From the NCBI GenBank assembly GCA_963815905.1, contig CAWFIO010000005.1, positions 14,949 to 78,948 of the forward strand: a stretch of DNA of 64,000 bases. Direction: 5' to 3'. Each line of letters starts with the position of its first letter. Within the stretch, counting starts at the first letter, position 1. The DNA is from an uncultured Actinomycetota bacterium. GTDB taxonomy: Bacteria; Actinomycetota; Actinomycetes; Propionibacteriales; Propionibacteriaceae. Under the pieces are notes generated by a model. That model did not search any database and had not been told where the DNA came from. It saw only the letters and a program-made list of their open reading frames with translations. A program made the translations under genes and the position numbers. This document shows positions 46,336 to 55,360 of this stretch, piece after piece.

Positions 46336-47022
46336 GTGCCGCTGCCCCAGCCCCAGACCCGTCACGGACGCACCCTGTTCCGGATCGCGCTGGTGGTGGC
46401 CGGCGCCGGACTGGCCGGGGTCGGCGTGCTCGCCGGATCGGTCGGCTGGGTCCGGGTGACCTCGTCCGGCCGTCTCTATTCGGCCGCTGACGTACCGAGT
46501 GCACCCGTGGCCCTGGTGCTCGGCGCGCAGGTCTATCCGAACGGGACCCCCTCGCCGTTCCTCGCGGGTCGACTCGACCTCGGAAAGCAACTGTTCGACG
46601 CCGGCAAGGTCGAGGTGATCGTGGTGTCGGGCGACAACATGGCGCCGGAGTACAACGAGCCCGATGCGATGCGTAACTACCTGATCAACGCCGGCGTCCC
46701 GGCCGACAAGGTGATCGCCGACTACGCAGGCTTCGACACCTATGACTCGTGCGCCCGCGCGAAACGGATCTTCGGCATCCACAAGCTGATCATGGTGACG
46801 CAGGAGTATCACCTCCCCCGTGCCGTCGCGACCTGCCGCGCCCTGGGGGTCGACACCGTCGGGGTGGGCGACACCAGCGTGAAGCGGTGCGGCGGAGCGT
46901 GGACCGAGGGGTGGATCCGCGACCAGGTGGCCTGCGTCAAGACGGTAATCGACCTGGTTACGCGGCGCGACCCGGTGCTCGGCAACCGCGAGACCAGCGT
47001 CGACGAAGCGCTCGCCCGATAG
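46336..47022 (+). CDS. SanA/YdcF/ElyC (DUF218) family protein
   Basis: N-terminal transmembrane helix, VLGA, VSGDN, YNEP, DYAGFDTYDSC, TQEYHLPRA. Confidence 0.88.
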   Translation: MPLPQPQTRHGRTLFRIALVVAGAGLAGVGVLAGSVGWVRVTSSGRLYSAADVPSAPVALVLGAQVYPNGTPSPFLAGRLDLGKQLFDAGKVEVIVVSGDNMAPEYNEPDAMRNYLINAGVPADKVIADYAGFDTYDSCARAKRIFGIHKLIMVTQEYHLPRAVATCRALGVDTVGVGDTSVKRCGGAWTEGWIRDQVACVKTVIDLVTRRDPVLGNRETSVDEALAR

Positions 47023-47045
47023 TTCTCGCCCGATAGTTCTCGCCC
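47011..47045. repeat. 14-bp tandem duplication covering the SanA stop codon
   Basis: ctcgcccgatagtt ctcgcccgatagtt ctcgccc. Confidence 0.85.
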
Positions 47046-47124
47046 AGCGGAATCCTCTGCTCTGGCGCACACTCCGTCTCGGTGTAACACTGTAATGAAA
47101 GCAGTCGAGTAAGAGAGGATCGAA

Positions 47125-47670
47125 ATGGGACCGAGGGGACACCGCGGCTTTGGCCGCCCGGGCGGTTGGCAGAACGTCGACGTACCGCCCGCCGATGACG
47201 CCGCCGACTGGTTCAGGGGACGGTTGCCCGGCGAATGGTTCACCGACGTCGAGGTGGTGGTCGACCGCGAGGAGATCACCGTGATCGGGTCACTGCCCGC
47301 GGCGGGCGTCGAGGGCTCCGCGGCCGCCGAGGGCCGGATCGGCCGGTTCCGGGCCGACACGCGCGAGCGCCGGATCGAGATCGCCGAAGAGGCCGAGTCC
47401 CGCTACGGCCGCAAGGTCGCCTGGGGTGCCAAGCTGGGCGACGCCGAGTCGCTGTTCACCCACATCTCGGTGCCGGTGATGACCCGGCTGCGGCAGCCCG
47501 AGCGCCGCGTGCTCGACACGCTCGTCGACGCCGGCGTCGCCCGCTCCCGCTCGGACGCCCTCGCCTGGGCGGTCCGCCTGGTCGGCGAGCACGCGGACAC
47601 CTGGCTGACCGAGCTCCGCACCGCGATGACCGAGGTCGACAAGGTCCGCGCCCAGGGCCCCGACCTCTGA
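47125..47670 (+). CDS. Hypothetical protein with possible C-terminal ribbon-helix-helix-like motif
   Basis: Clean ORF, RBS gagagg; C-terminus PVMTRLRQPERRVLDTLVDAGVARSRSDALAWAVRLV. Confidence 0.8.
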   Translation: MGPRGHRGFGRPGGWQNVDVPPADDAADWFRGRLPGEWFTDVEVVVDREEITVIGSLPAAGVEGSAAAEGRIGRFRADTRERRIEIAEEAESRYGRKVAWGAKLGDAESLFTHISVPVMTRLRQPERRVLDTLVDAGVARSRSDALAWAVRLVGEHADTWLTELRTAMTEVDKVRAQGPDL

Positions 47671-47728
47671 GCTGAGGCTGGCGGGCGCAGCCCTGGCTTC
47701 GGCTCCGGCTCCGGCTCCCCTATTCAGC

Positions 47729-47783
47729 AACTGGGGGCAGATAACAGAATTTGCGGCGATCGTGCTGTTATCTGCCCCCAGTT
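47729..47783. repeat. REP-like palindrome, copy 1
   Basis: aactgggggcagataacag, 17-nt loop, ctgttatctgcccccagtt (19-bp perfect arms). Confidence 0.92.
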
Positions 47784-47814
47784 AGTTGGGAAACCGCTGA
47801 CGCAGGTCGCCGGT

Positions 47815-48729
47815 TCAGCCGCCGGACCACCGCTGATGGACTCGCCGACGGCCGCTCAGCCCGAGCAGCGAATCATCGAGCAAAGCGTTCCACCGCCGCA
47901 GCCGACGCGGATCCCAGGTCCGACCGAGCGCCCGATCCACCGCAGCGATCAACGTGCCGCCGTCATTGCGTAACTCGACCGAGGTGTAGCCGAAGCGCAG
48001 GGCGCCCTGCTCGGCGATCATGCGTTCGCGACCCAGATCGGACCGATGGACCGCACGGTCGCGGTGGATATCGCCGTCGTACTCGTGAATCCGTGGGGTG
48101 CCCACGATGCCGAGATCGGCATGCGCCACGACCCGGCCGCCCGCATCGATGATCTCCATCTGCGGCTCGACCTGGATGTCCGCTGCCCGGTGCAGGACCC
48201 GCATGATCGATTCCCAAGGCGATCCACTTCGCTCGTCCAGCGTCGGGATGAGTTCACGCAGTCGCCTCACCCCACGACGTCGGTGCGTCGCCGTCTCCTC
48301 GAGTTCGTCGAGCGTCAGTTGCTTCAGACGGAGGGCCGAGTCGCCGAGCACGACCAGGTCGAGCAGCCCGAGATCCCGGCAGGCGGCAAGCAGAGTTTCG
48401 GCGGCAGTGGTCACCGGCAAGCCCATGACCGACGTCGCCGGCACCGAGGACCGGTGCCTCGATAGGACCACCCCGGGCCGTCGCGGGTAGGACCCCGTCT
48501 CTGGCGCGGCGATGAAGATCGGATGGTGCCTGCGCGAGGGCATCCACCATCCGCAGAGCTCCGCTGCGGTCAGGTGTGTAAATGCCGCACCCGCCGGCAA
48601 CAACAGCCGCCAGGCATCCAGGTCGTGCGCCAGGCTTTCTTGTGGAAGTGACGAGCGGTAGAGCCCGTACGTCAGACGCCGCCATTGCGCACCCCTGCGG
48701 TGACCGCGCACCGGGTTACTTGTTCTCAT
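47815..48729 (-). CDS. AbiEi-like N-terminal domain + DUF559/Vsr-like PD-(D/E)xK nuclease-domain protein
   Basis: FTHLTAAELCGW and GLPVTTAAETLL (AbiEi-like); SGSPWES.MR, VEPQ, HADL, HEYDGDIH, DLGRER (DUF559-like). Start chosen at MRTSNP; uncertain. Confidence 0.8.
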   Translation of the reverse strand: MRTSNPVRGHRRGAQWRRLTYGLYRSSLPQESLAHDLDAWRLLLPAGAAFTHLTAAELCGWWMPSRRHHPIFIAAPETGSYPRRPGVVLSRHRSSVPATSVMGLPVTTAAETLLAACRDLGLLDLVVLGDSALRLKQLTLDELEETATHRRRGVRRLRELIPTLDERSGSPWESIMRVLHRAADIQVEPQMEIIDAGGRVVAHADLGIVGTPRIHEYDGDIHRDRAVHRSDLGRERMIAEQGALRFGYTSVELRNDGGTLIAAVDRALGRTWDPRRLRRWNALLDDSLLGLSGRRRVHQRWSGG

Positions 48730-48779
48730 ACAGAAAACATGCTGACGTCGCTCGACTTCGTGCCGCCCTCGTCGGAATC

Positions 48780-48818
48780 TGTGGATAACGGACTTAGCGG
48801 TCGGCGCGCTGTGGACAA
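48780..48818 (-). promoter_or_regulatory. Two DnaA-box-like 9-mers 30 bp apart
   Basis: On the minus strand TTATCCACA (48780-48788) and TTGTCCACA (48810-48818), upstream of the nuclease gene. Confidence 0.55.
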
Positions 48819-48835
48819 CGGCGCCCCCTGCCCCC

Positions 48836-48896
48836 ACTATCTGGGGGCAGATAGCGCAAAACCTGATGGTTTCGACGCAATCTGCCCCCAGATAGT
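48836..48896. repeat. REP-like palindrome, copy 2
   Basis: actatctgggggcagat ... atctgcccccagatagt (17-bp perfect arms, imperfect inner extension). Confidence 0.92.
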
Positions 48897-48940
48897 CGAA
48901 TGGGGAGGCGGCGTGTTGCCGCTGGCCAGGACTTGTTCGG

Positions 48941-50617
48941 TTACGCGGTGCGCTGGGCCCGGTAGTAGCGGATCAGGTTCTGGGTGGAGGGGTCCTGGTC
49001 GGCGAGGGCGGCCTCGTCGCCGCCGACGGCCGGGGTGACCTTGAGGGCGAGCTGCTTGCCGAGCTCGACGCCCCACTGGTCGAAGCTGTCGATGCCCCAG
49101 ACGACGCCCTGGGTGAAGGTGATGTGCTCGTAGAGCGCGATCAGCTGACCGACCACAGCCGGGGTCAGGCTCGGGGCCATGATCGAGGTGGTCGGGCGGT
49201 TCCCGCTGAACACCCGGGCGGGGACGATGGCCTCGTCGGTTCCCTCCGCGCGTACCTCGTCGGCCGTCTTGCCAAAGGCCAGCGCGGCGGTTTGGGCGAA
49301 GAAGTTGGCCAGGAAGAGCTCGTGGACGTCGGCACCGCCGTCGTTCAGCGCGTGGGCCGGGTTGGCCACCGCGATGAAGTCCGCCGGGATCAGCTGGGTG
49401 CCCTGGTGGATCAGCTGGTAGAACGCGTGCTGGCCGTTGGTCCCGGGCTCGCCCCAGAACACCTCGCCGGTCGCTGTCGTGACCGCCTCTCCGTCGTAGC
49501 GGACGCCCTTGCCGTTCGACTCCATGGTCAGCTGCTGCAGGTACGCGGCGAAGCGATGCAAGTACTGCGCGTACGGAAGCACGGCATGGCTCGCCGACCC
49601 GAAGAAGTTGACGTACCAGATGTTGATCAGACCCATCAGCACCGGCACATTGGACTCGAAGGGGGTCTCGCTGAAGTGGGTGTCGATGGTGTGGAAGCCG
49701 TCGAGGAACGCGGTGAAGTTCTCCGGCCCGATGGCAACGGCGACCGAGGTGCCGATGGCCGAGTCGACCGAGTAGCGACCCCCGACCCAGTCCCAGAAGC
49801 CGAAGGCGTTGGCGGGGTCGATCCCGAAAGCGGCGACCTTGTCGAGAGCGGTCGAGACGGCGACGAAGTGCTTGGCCACCGCGCTCGAGCCGGCCTCGTC
49901 CCCGCCCTCGATCGCGCCGGAGGCCCGCAGCCCGTCGAGCAACCAGGCCCGGGCCAACCGCGCGTTGGTCAGGGTCTCAAGGGTGGTGAAGGTCTTCGAG
50001 GCCACGATGAACAACGTGGTCTCGGGGTCGAGATCGCGGGTCGTCTCGGCCACGTCAGTCGGGTCGATGTTGGAAACGAACCGGCAGCTCAGACCGGGCT
50101 GCACGTACGGTTGGAGGGCCTCGTAGACCATCACCGGACCCAGGTCCGAGCCGCCGATGCCGATGTTCACCACGGTCTCGATCCGCTTACCGGTGACTCC
50201 GACCCACTCACCGTTGCGCACCTGGTCGGCGAACGCGTACACCTTGTCCAAGACCTCGTGAACCTGCGGCACCACATCGACCCCGTCGACGGTCAAGGAC
50301 GCGTCGCGAGGCAGCCGCAGGGCGGTGTGCAGCACGGCCCGATCCTCGGTGACGTTGATGTGTTCGCCGGAGAACATCGCATCGCGACGCTCGGCCAGAC
50401 CCACCTGCTCGGCCAGGGCGAGCAGCGCAGCGATGACCTCGTCATCGATCAGGTTCTTGGACAGGTCCACGAACAGGTCGCCCGCCGTGTGGCTGAAGTG
50501 CTCAGCCCGGGCCGGATTCGCGTCGAACCAACCCCGGAGGTCGGGTTCGAGCGCAGCCTTCAGACGGGTCAGGTCGGCCCAGGCCGCGGTCGTGGTCGGG
50601 TCCACCGGTGCACTCAT
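48941..50617 (-). CDS. pgi: Glucose-6-phosphate isomerase
   Basis: [61 protein letters not shown]. Confidence 0.98.
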   Translation of the reverse strand: MSAPVDPTTTAAWADLTRLKAALEPDLRGWFDANPARAEHFSHTAGDLFVDLSKNLIDDEVIAALLALAEQVGLAERRDAMFSGEHINVTEDRAVLHTALRLPRDASLTVDGVDVVPQVHEVLDKVYAFADQVRNGEWVGVTGKRIETVVNIGIGGSDLGPVMVYEALQPYVQPGLSCRFVSNIDPTDVAETTRDLDPETTLFIVASKTFTTLETLTNARLARAWLLDGLRASGAIEGGDEAGSSAVAKHFVAVSTALDKVAAFGIDPANAFGFWDWVGGRYSVDSAIGTSVAVAIGPENFTAFLDGFHTIDTHFSETPFESNVPVLMGLINIWYVNFFGSASHAVLPYAQYLHRFAAYLQQLTMESNGKGVRYDGEAVTTATGEVFWGEPGTNGQHAFYQLIHQGTQLIPADFIAVANPAHALNDGGADVHELFLANFFAQTAALAFGKTADEVRAEGTDEAIVPARVFSGNRPTTSIMAPSLTPAVVGQLIALYEHITFTQGVVWGIDSFDQWGVELGKQLALKVTPAVGGDEAALADQDPSTQNLIRYYRAQRTA

Positions 50618-50887
50618 CGCATTCCTCTTTCTCGTCGACCCTCGGTCGTCATCCGGCAGCCTACTGAGAGGGGACCTGCGACGGCGACGACGCCCGAGGT
50701 ACTCAGCGAAACCCCATGGTCGTCAACCTCGCCGTTTGCTGACCGGCCTTGGCCTGGCGGGGTCGCCGCCGCGCGAACCGGCTGGCGCCAACCGGAACGA
50801 GCCCATCCCGGTGGCGCCGTCTGAGTCGAGTAGCGCAGCTTCTTCCCGGTCGAGGTCGAACACCTCATCGCGCCCTGTCCTCGAGCA

Positions 50888-50946
50888 CTAACTGGGGGCA
50901 GATAGCACTGCCGGAGACCCGTCTGCCGCTATCTGCCCCCAGATAG
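50888..50946. repeat. REP-like palindrome, copy 3 (between divergent genes)
   Basis: ctaactgggggcagatagc ... gctatctgcccccagatag (15-bp perfect core arms). Confidence 0.92.
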
Positions 50947-50967
50947 CGAAGGGGGGAGGCCGCTAGC

Positions 50968-52497
50968 GTGGCCCGCATGGACCTACGTCTGGCCCGGTCG
51001 CGACCGGAGTCGGAGCCGCCGTACGCCTCGGGTGAATCGGAGTTCCGCACCGACCTGGAGCGCATCCGCTTCGCCACCTCGTTCTCGCGGCTCGCTGAGG
51101 TCACCCAGGTCGTCACCGCCGGCGCGACCGGCGGGGTCGTGCACAACCGGCTCACCCACACGATCAAGGTGACCGCGGTCGCTCGGGCCATCGCGGTCCG
51201 ACTGCTCCGCACCGAGAGTCGCGAATTGCTTCGCGAGCTCGGCGGGCTCGATCATGTGGTCGTGCAGGCCGCGGCCTGCGCGCACGACCTCGGACATCCA
51301 CCGTTCGGCCACCTCGGCGAGCGCGTGCTCGATCGGCTGGCCCGGGACCGCTTCGGGATGGCCGACGGTTTCGAGGGCAACGCGCAGACGTTCCGACTGC
51401 TGACCGAGCTCGAGGTCCACGGACCCGGCGACACGGGACTCAACCTGACCTCGGCCGTACGCGCCGCGGTGCTGAAGTACCCGTGGGCCCGGCACCACCT
51501 CCCTGACCCCCACCCGACCGACTGGGACATCCCGCCGCGCGGGGCCGGCCACGGCGGCGGCGGGGGTGGGGCGGCCAAGTTCTCGTGCTACCTGATCGAC
51601 GCTCCGGCCATGCAGGACGCGTTGGCCGCTTTCCCCGATCTCCGCGCCGGCCGCCAGACGCTCGAGTGCTCGGTGATGGATCTGGCCGACGACATCGCCT
51701 ACTCGCTGCACGACGTCGAGGATTTCCATCGCTCCGGAGTGCTGCAGTTCTCCCCGGTGTCGGGTGAGTTCCGGTCATGGGAATCCAACCGCACCCGATA
51801 CGCCGCCCTACCCGAGCTCGAGGTGGTCCGGGCCGGGCGGCAACCCGGAGCCGGACTCGAACGACTCCGGCGCTATCTGCGCACCCGCGACGCCTGGATC
51901 TTCGACGAGGACAGTTTCGCGGCCGCCGTCGCCACCGTCGGCGACGAGTTCGTCGACGGGGTCCTCGCGGTCCCGCACGACGGGTCGATGCAGTCCGACC
52001 GGGCGATCTCCGGCTTCACCTCGCGCTGGATCGATCACCTGATCACCTCGGTGTTCCCAGATCCGGAACCGCCGGTCCGCTCGGGCTACGTCCGGATGAG
52101 CAACCAGGCCTGGCACGAGGTGTCGGTGCTCAAGTTCGTCAACTCCTACTTCATCCTCGAGCGCCCGGACCTGGCCATGTTCCAGCGCGGTCAGGAGAAG
52201 ACGATCGAGCTGCTGATCGCCGCCTTCGACGACTGGCTCTCCGACCGTTACGACACCAATCGCGCGCCGCGTCGACTGGTCGACCTGGTCAACGCGGCCC
52301 AGCACGGCTACGACAGGATCGCCCGCGACCACCCCGAATGGCTCAGCCCCGATCTCAACGACGCCGAACTGGCCCGAATGGGGCGCGGCCGCGGCATCAT
52401 CGACTTCGTCAGCAGCCTGACCGATGCCCAGGCCGTCGCGTACGCGGCTCGGCTCGGCGGAGCGACCGGGCTGCTCTGGGGCTCTGGCGGTCTGTGA
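50968..52497 (+). CDS. Deoxyguanosinetriphosphate triphosphohydrolase (dGTPase)-family HD protein
   Basis: HNRLTHTIKV, AHDLGHPPFGHLGE, FEGNAQTFR, LKYPW, DLADDIAYSLHDVED. Confidence 0.9.
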   Translation: MARMDLRLARSRPESEPPYASGESEFRTDLERIRFATSFSRLAEVTQVVTAGATGGVVHNRLTHTIKVTAVARAIAVRLLRTESRELLRELGGLDHVVVQAAACAHDLGHPPFGHLGERVLDRLARDRFGMADGFEGNAQTFRLLTELEVHGPGDTGLNLTSAVRAAVLKYPWARHHLPDPHPTDWDIPPRGAGHGGGGGGAAKFSCYLIDAPAMQDALAAFPDLRAGRQTLECSVMDLADDIAYSLHDVEDFHRSGVLQFSPVSGEFRSWESNRTRYAALPELEVVRAGRQPGAGLERLRRYLRTRDAWIFDEDSFAAAVATVGDEFVDGVLAVPHDGSMQSDRAISGFTSRWIDHLITSVFPDPEPPVRSGYVRMSNQAWHEVSVLKFVNSYFILERPDLAMFQRGQEKTIELLIAAFDDWLSDRYDTNRAPRRLVDLVNAAQHGYDRIARDHPEWLSPDLNDAELARMGRGRGIIDFVSSLTDAQAVAYAARLGGATGLLWGSGGL

Positions 52498-52518
52498 CGG
52501 GTCGGGCAGACTCGTCGG

Positions 52519-53259
52519 GTGGACCTGATCGGCGAGGTATGGCGACGCGCCACTACGGAGCAACCCGCACCCCCGCCCGAGATCATCGCTGTCACCGCGC
52601 TGATCGCCGCGGCGCTGGTCCTGCTGCGGGTCACCTGGCCGTGGACCCGGGCGCTGATCACCATCGCCCACGAGGGCGGCCACGCGTTCGCCGCGCTGCT
52701 CACCGGTCGTCGGCTGCGCGGCATCCGGCTGCACACCGACACCTCGGGGCTGACCATCTCCGCGGGCAAGCCGCGCGGATCGGGCATGGTGGTGATGCTG
52801 GCGGCGGGCTACGTGGCTCCGGCGGCGGTCGGCCTGGCTGCGGTCGTCATGCTCCTCGCCGGTCACGCCCTCGGGCTGCTCTGGGTGATGCTGATCGTGC
52901 TGACGCTGATGCTGCTGAAGATCCGCAACGGCTACGGCCTGCTCGTCGTGCTGGCCTGTGGCGGCGGTCTGCTCGCCGTCAGTTGGTATGCGGGCCCGGG
53001 TGCGCAGACCGCATTGGCGTACCTGCTGACCTGGATCCAGCTGATCGCCGCACCCAAGCCGGTGCTCGAGCTGATCGCTCAACGCCGCCGGCACCCGACA
53101 CCCCAGTCCGACGTCGATCAGCTCGGGCGGCTGACCCGGGTGCCGGCCGGCCTCTGGCTCGCGTTCTTCCTGTTGCTGAACGGCGCCGGCCTGTTGGTCG
53201 GCGCCGCCCTGCTCCTACCGGCGTTGGCCGACATCGCCCGACAGCTCGCCGTCGGCTGA
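52519..53259 (+). CDS. M50 (M50B-like) membrane zinc metallopeptidase
   Basis: HEGGH zinc motif, AGYVAP, SDVDQL, many transmembrane segments. Confidence 0.88.
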   Translation: MDLIGEVWRRATTEQPAPPPEIIAVTALIAAALVLLRVTWPWTRALITIAHEGGHAFAALLTGRRLRGIRLHTDTSGLTISAGKPRGSGMVVMLAAGYVAPAAVGLAAVVMLLAGHALGLLWVMLIVLTLMLLKIRNGYGLLVVLACGGGLLAVSWYAGPGAQTALAYLLTWIQLIAAPKPVLELIAQRRRHPTPQSDVDQLGRLTRVPAGLWLAFFLLLNGAGLLVGAALLLPALADIARQLAVG

Positions 53260-53274
53260 AGTCGGGAAACACGA

Positions 53275-53302
53275 ACGGCCCCACCCCGAGGGGGGAGGCC
53301 GT
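53275..53302. terminator. Imperfect GC hairpin between convergent genes
   Basis: acggcc...ggccgt with inner cccc/gggg pairing. Confidence 0.4.
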
Positions 53303-53324
53303 CCGACGATGCGCTGTGGGGGCC

Positions 53325-53468
53325 CTACTTCATCGGGCTGCGCTGAGCGACGATCATCAGCTCATCGCGCATGGCCGGGGTGAAGGCGTTGCCGATCGCG
53401 CGGTTGAGTTCGCGGCGCGTACGGGCAAACTCACGGTGGCTCTGGATGGCCTTCGCGAGGCGAGACAT
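53325..53468 (-). CDS. 47-aa small protein (below the ORF-track cutoff)
   Basis: MSRLAKAIQSHREFARTRRELNRAIGNAFTPAMRDELMIVAQRSPMK*, RBS ggaagg, promoter-like motif upstream. Confidence 0.7.
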   Translation of the reverse strand: MSRLAKAIQSHREFARTRRELNRAIGNAFTPAMRDELMIVAQRSPMK

Positions 53469-53555
53469 GGTTCTGCTTCCTTCCTGGGGTGACATCGAGG
53501 TCTCTTGACCGTGATGTTTTCGAGATCGAACTCTTCGACTTCGAACGTTACTCTA

Positions 53556-53582
53556 CAACAGGGTTCGGCGCAGCGGTATTCC
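53556..53582 (-). promoter_or_regulatory. ECF sigma (SigR/SigH/SigE-type) promoter GGAAT-N18-GTTG
   Basis: Minus strand ggaat accgctgcgccgaaccct gttg, 87 bp upstream of the small ORF. Confidence 0.55.
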
Positions 53583-53729
53583 TGGAGGGGTGATCTCGAT
53601 AACAGGTGGTTCGAGCCGCACGAAGGCAGCGGAGAGTCCGGGATCCGCCGGATGGCGTGCTCTCGGCGAAAGCGATGGTGACCAGCGGAAAGGTCGATCA
53701 GCCGCTACGACAGGGGCCGACGAATTCGC

Positions 53730-54188
53730 TCAGGCGGCCTGACCGTAGCGCGGATCGCTGACCTCGAGGCCGGCGCGCTCGAGCTCGGCCTCGACCCGGA
53801 CGCGCTCGATGTCGCGTTCGATGCCCACGGAGTCCCGGGCCAGCTCATGCTCGATCTCGAGCATCGCGCAGGCCTGCGTCAACAGCCGGTCGTAGGCCAA
53901 CCGGTTCCCGACCTGGTGTGCGGCGGAACGATTCGAGTCGGTGCGAACGAGGCCACGCAGGCGACGGAGATCGGCGGCGAGCTGCTCGATCGGGATACCG
54001 GATTGCTTCCGCAGGGCGCGCACGCCCCGGCGATGCTCAGCGGTGGTGTCGCGACGTGATCGCCAGTGTTGCAAGCTCTCGTCCCAGCGGCCGGCCATCA
54101 GGTCGTAGCCCACCACGCAGAGGACCGGGACGAGCACCATGATGGCCACGGCGATCCCGCCGAGCAACACCTGGTACGGGTCCGCCAT
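53730..54188 (-). CDS. Hypothetical membrane-anchored protein
   Basis: N-terminal transmembrane helix followed by a helical charged domain (PIEQLAADLRRL...AYDRLL...AC). Confidence 0.7.
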   Translation of the reverse strand: MADPYQVLLGGIAVAIMVLVPVLCVVGYDLMAGRWDESLQHWRSRRDTTAEHRRGVRALRKQSGIPIEQLAADLRRLRGLVRTDSNRSAAHQVGNRLAYDRLLTQACAMLEIEHELARDSVGIERDIERVRVEAELERAGLEVSDPRYGQAA

Positions 54189-54237
54189 CTACAAACCATA
54201 AGTCGGCCCAGACCCGGAGACAAGGCGGACAGAAATT

Positions 54238-55137
54238 CTAGCCGGTGCCGCTGTTCCCGTACACGGAGACATGCACGTGGTCGTAGTGATTTGCCGTGGC
54301 CGAACCGCGGTCCGACATCGACCGCCAGCCCTCGGAGCCGCGCTGGACGGTCCAGATCTTTTGCGAGTAGATGACCTCGCTGACGCCGAGACGCTTCGCG
54401 TTGGCCTGAACCCAGCGCGCCATCTGCCAACCAACGGTCGAATCCGAGATCATCGCATCGACCGCTCGGCCGGAGCCGTGGAAGTCGTTGCTGGGCCGGC
54501 GGCCGCCGAACGAGGCCACCTGGGGATAGCGGGCACAAAGGGCGCGATGCACCCGGACGGCGTCCTCGGTCAGGCCCGACTCCATCGCGGAGCCCGAGCT
54601 GCAGGCGGCCGTCGACAACCCGCCGCTGGTGGAGGTCGGCTTCTTCTTGGTGAGGAACTTGTCGGTCACCCAGCGGCTCTTGTCGCGATACTCGACCAGT
54701 CGGTAGCCCTTGGTCACCGTGTCGGTGACGGTCAGCTTGGTGCCGGCGTCCACCACGGTGAGGACCTTCGCCTTGGCCTCGGCCCCGGCCCGGATGTTCA
54801 ACGACTCGGTCGCGTACCGCCTGCCGATCACCTTCGGCTCGGGAGCGGTCTTGGCGGTGACGGCCCCTGAGACGCTCCGGTCGAGTGCCGGACGCAGATC
54901 GCTACGGGTGGGGCGCTGCGCGCGTTCGCTGAAGGCGGGGGTGGCCGCCGGTGCGGCGGAAACCGCGGTCGCCACGATCGGAGCCGGGTAGGCGACCTGC
55001 GTGTCCTGGGCCCCGGCCCAGACTCCCACGGTGATGGCGGTGCCGGCGAGACCGGCCAGGGCGACCGGTGCGGCCAGCTTCGTCGCACGCATCGCGAGCG
55101 TCGGACGGGCGGCCCGGCGCGGGCGGTGACGGGTCAA
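54238..55137 (-). CDS. Secreted SH3b-domain protein with C-terminal M15-like/peptidoglycan-hydrolase-type domain
   Basis: TTG start with RBS gagg; SH3b ATESLNIRAG...RWV; DFHGSGRAVD and NHYDHVHVS metal-binding pattern. Confidence 0.75.
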   Translation of the reverse strand: MTRHRPRRAARPTLAMRATKLAAPVALAGLAGTAITVGVWAGAQDTQVAYPAPIVATAVSAAPAATPAFSERAQRPTRSDLRPALDRSVSGAVTAKTAPEPKVIGRRYATESLNIRAGAEAKAKVLTVVDAGTKLTVTDTVTKGYRLVEYRDKSRWVTDKFLTKKKPTSTSGGLSTAACSSGSAMESGLTEDAVRVHRALCARYPQVASFGGRRPSNDFHGSGRAVDAMISDSTVGWQMARWVQANAKRLGVSEVIYSQKIWTVQRGSEGWRSMSDRGSATANHYDHVHVSVYGNSGTG

Positions 55138-55360
55138 GACTTCCTCATTCCCCGAGATCGTCCGGCGGCGCTCGCCGAGACCAAAGCGTTATTTTTCGAA
55201 GAGTTTAGGCAGAGCCCGAACGTTTTGCCCAACCGTGACCGGTCTGAATCGGCCCAAACAGGGCCTTTCGGGTACCTCGGTCGACGTGAGTCTGGCCACA
55301 TCTCTGTCGGTGGACGGGGTTAGCGTGAGCGCAACGAAGCCATCAGGAGAAGGGGTGGGC

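Noticed and set aside
50614-50868. 84-aa ORF upstream of pgi
   Set aside because: No motif, atypical composition, runs through the probable pgi promoter region.
55138-55360. c-di-AMP riboswitch upstream of the SH3 cell-wall hydrolase
   Set aside because: Expected by context, but the conserved ydaO elements could not be identified; only a weak hairpin is visible.
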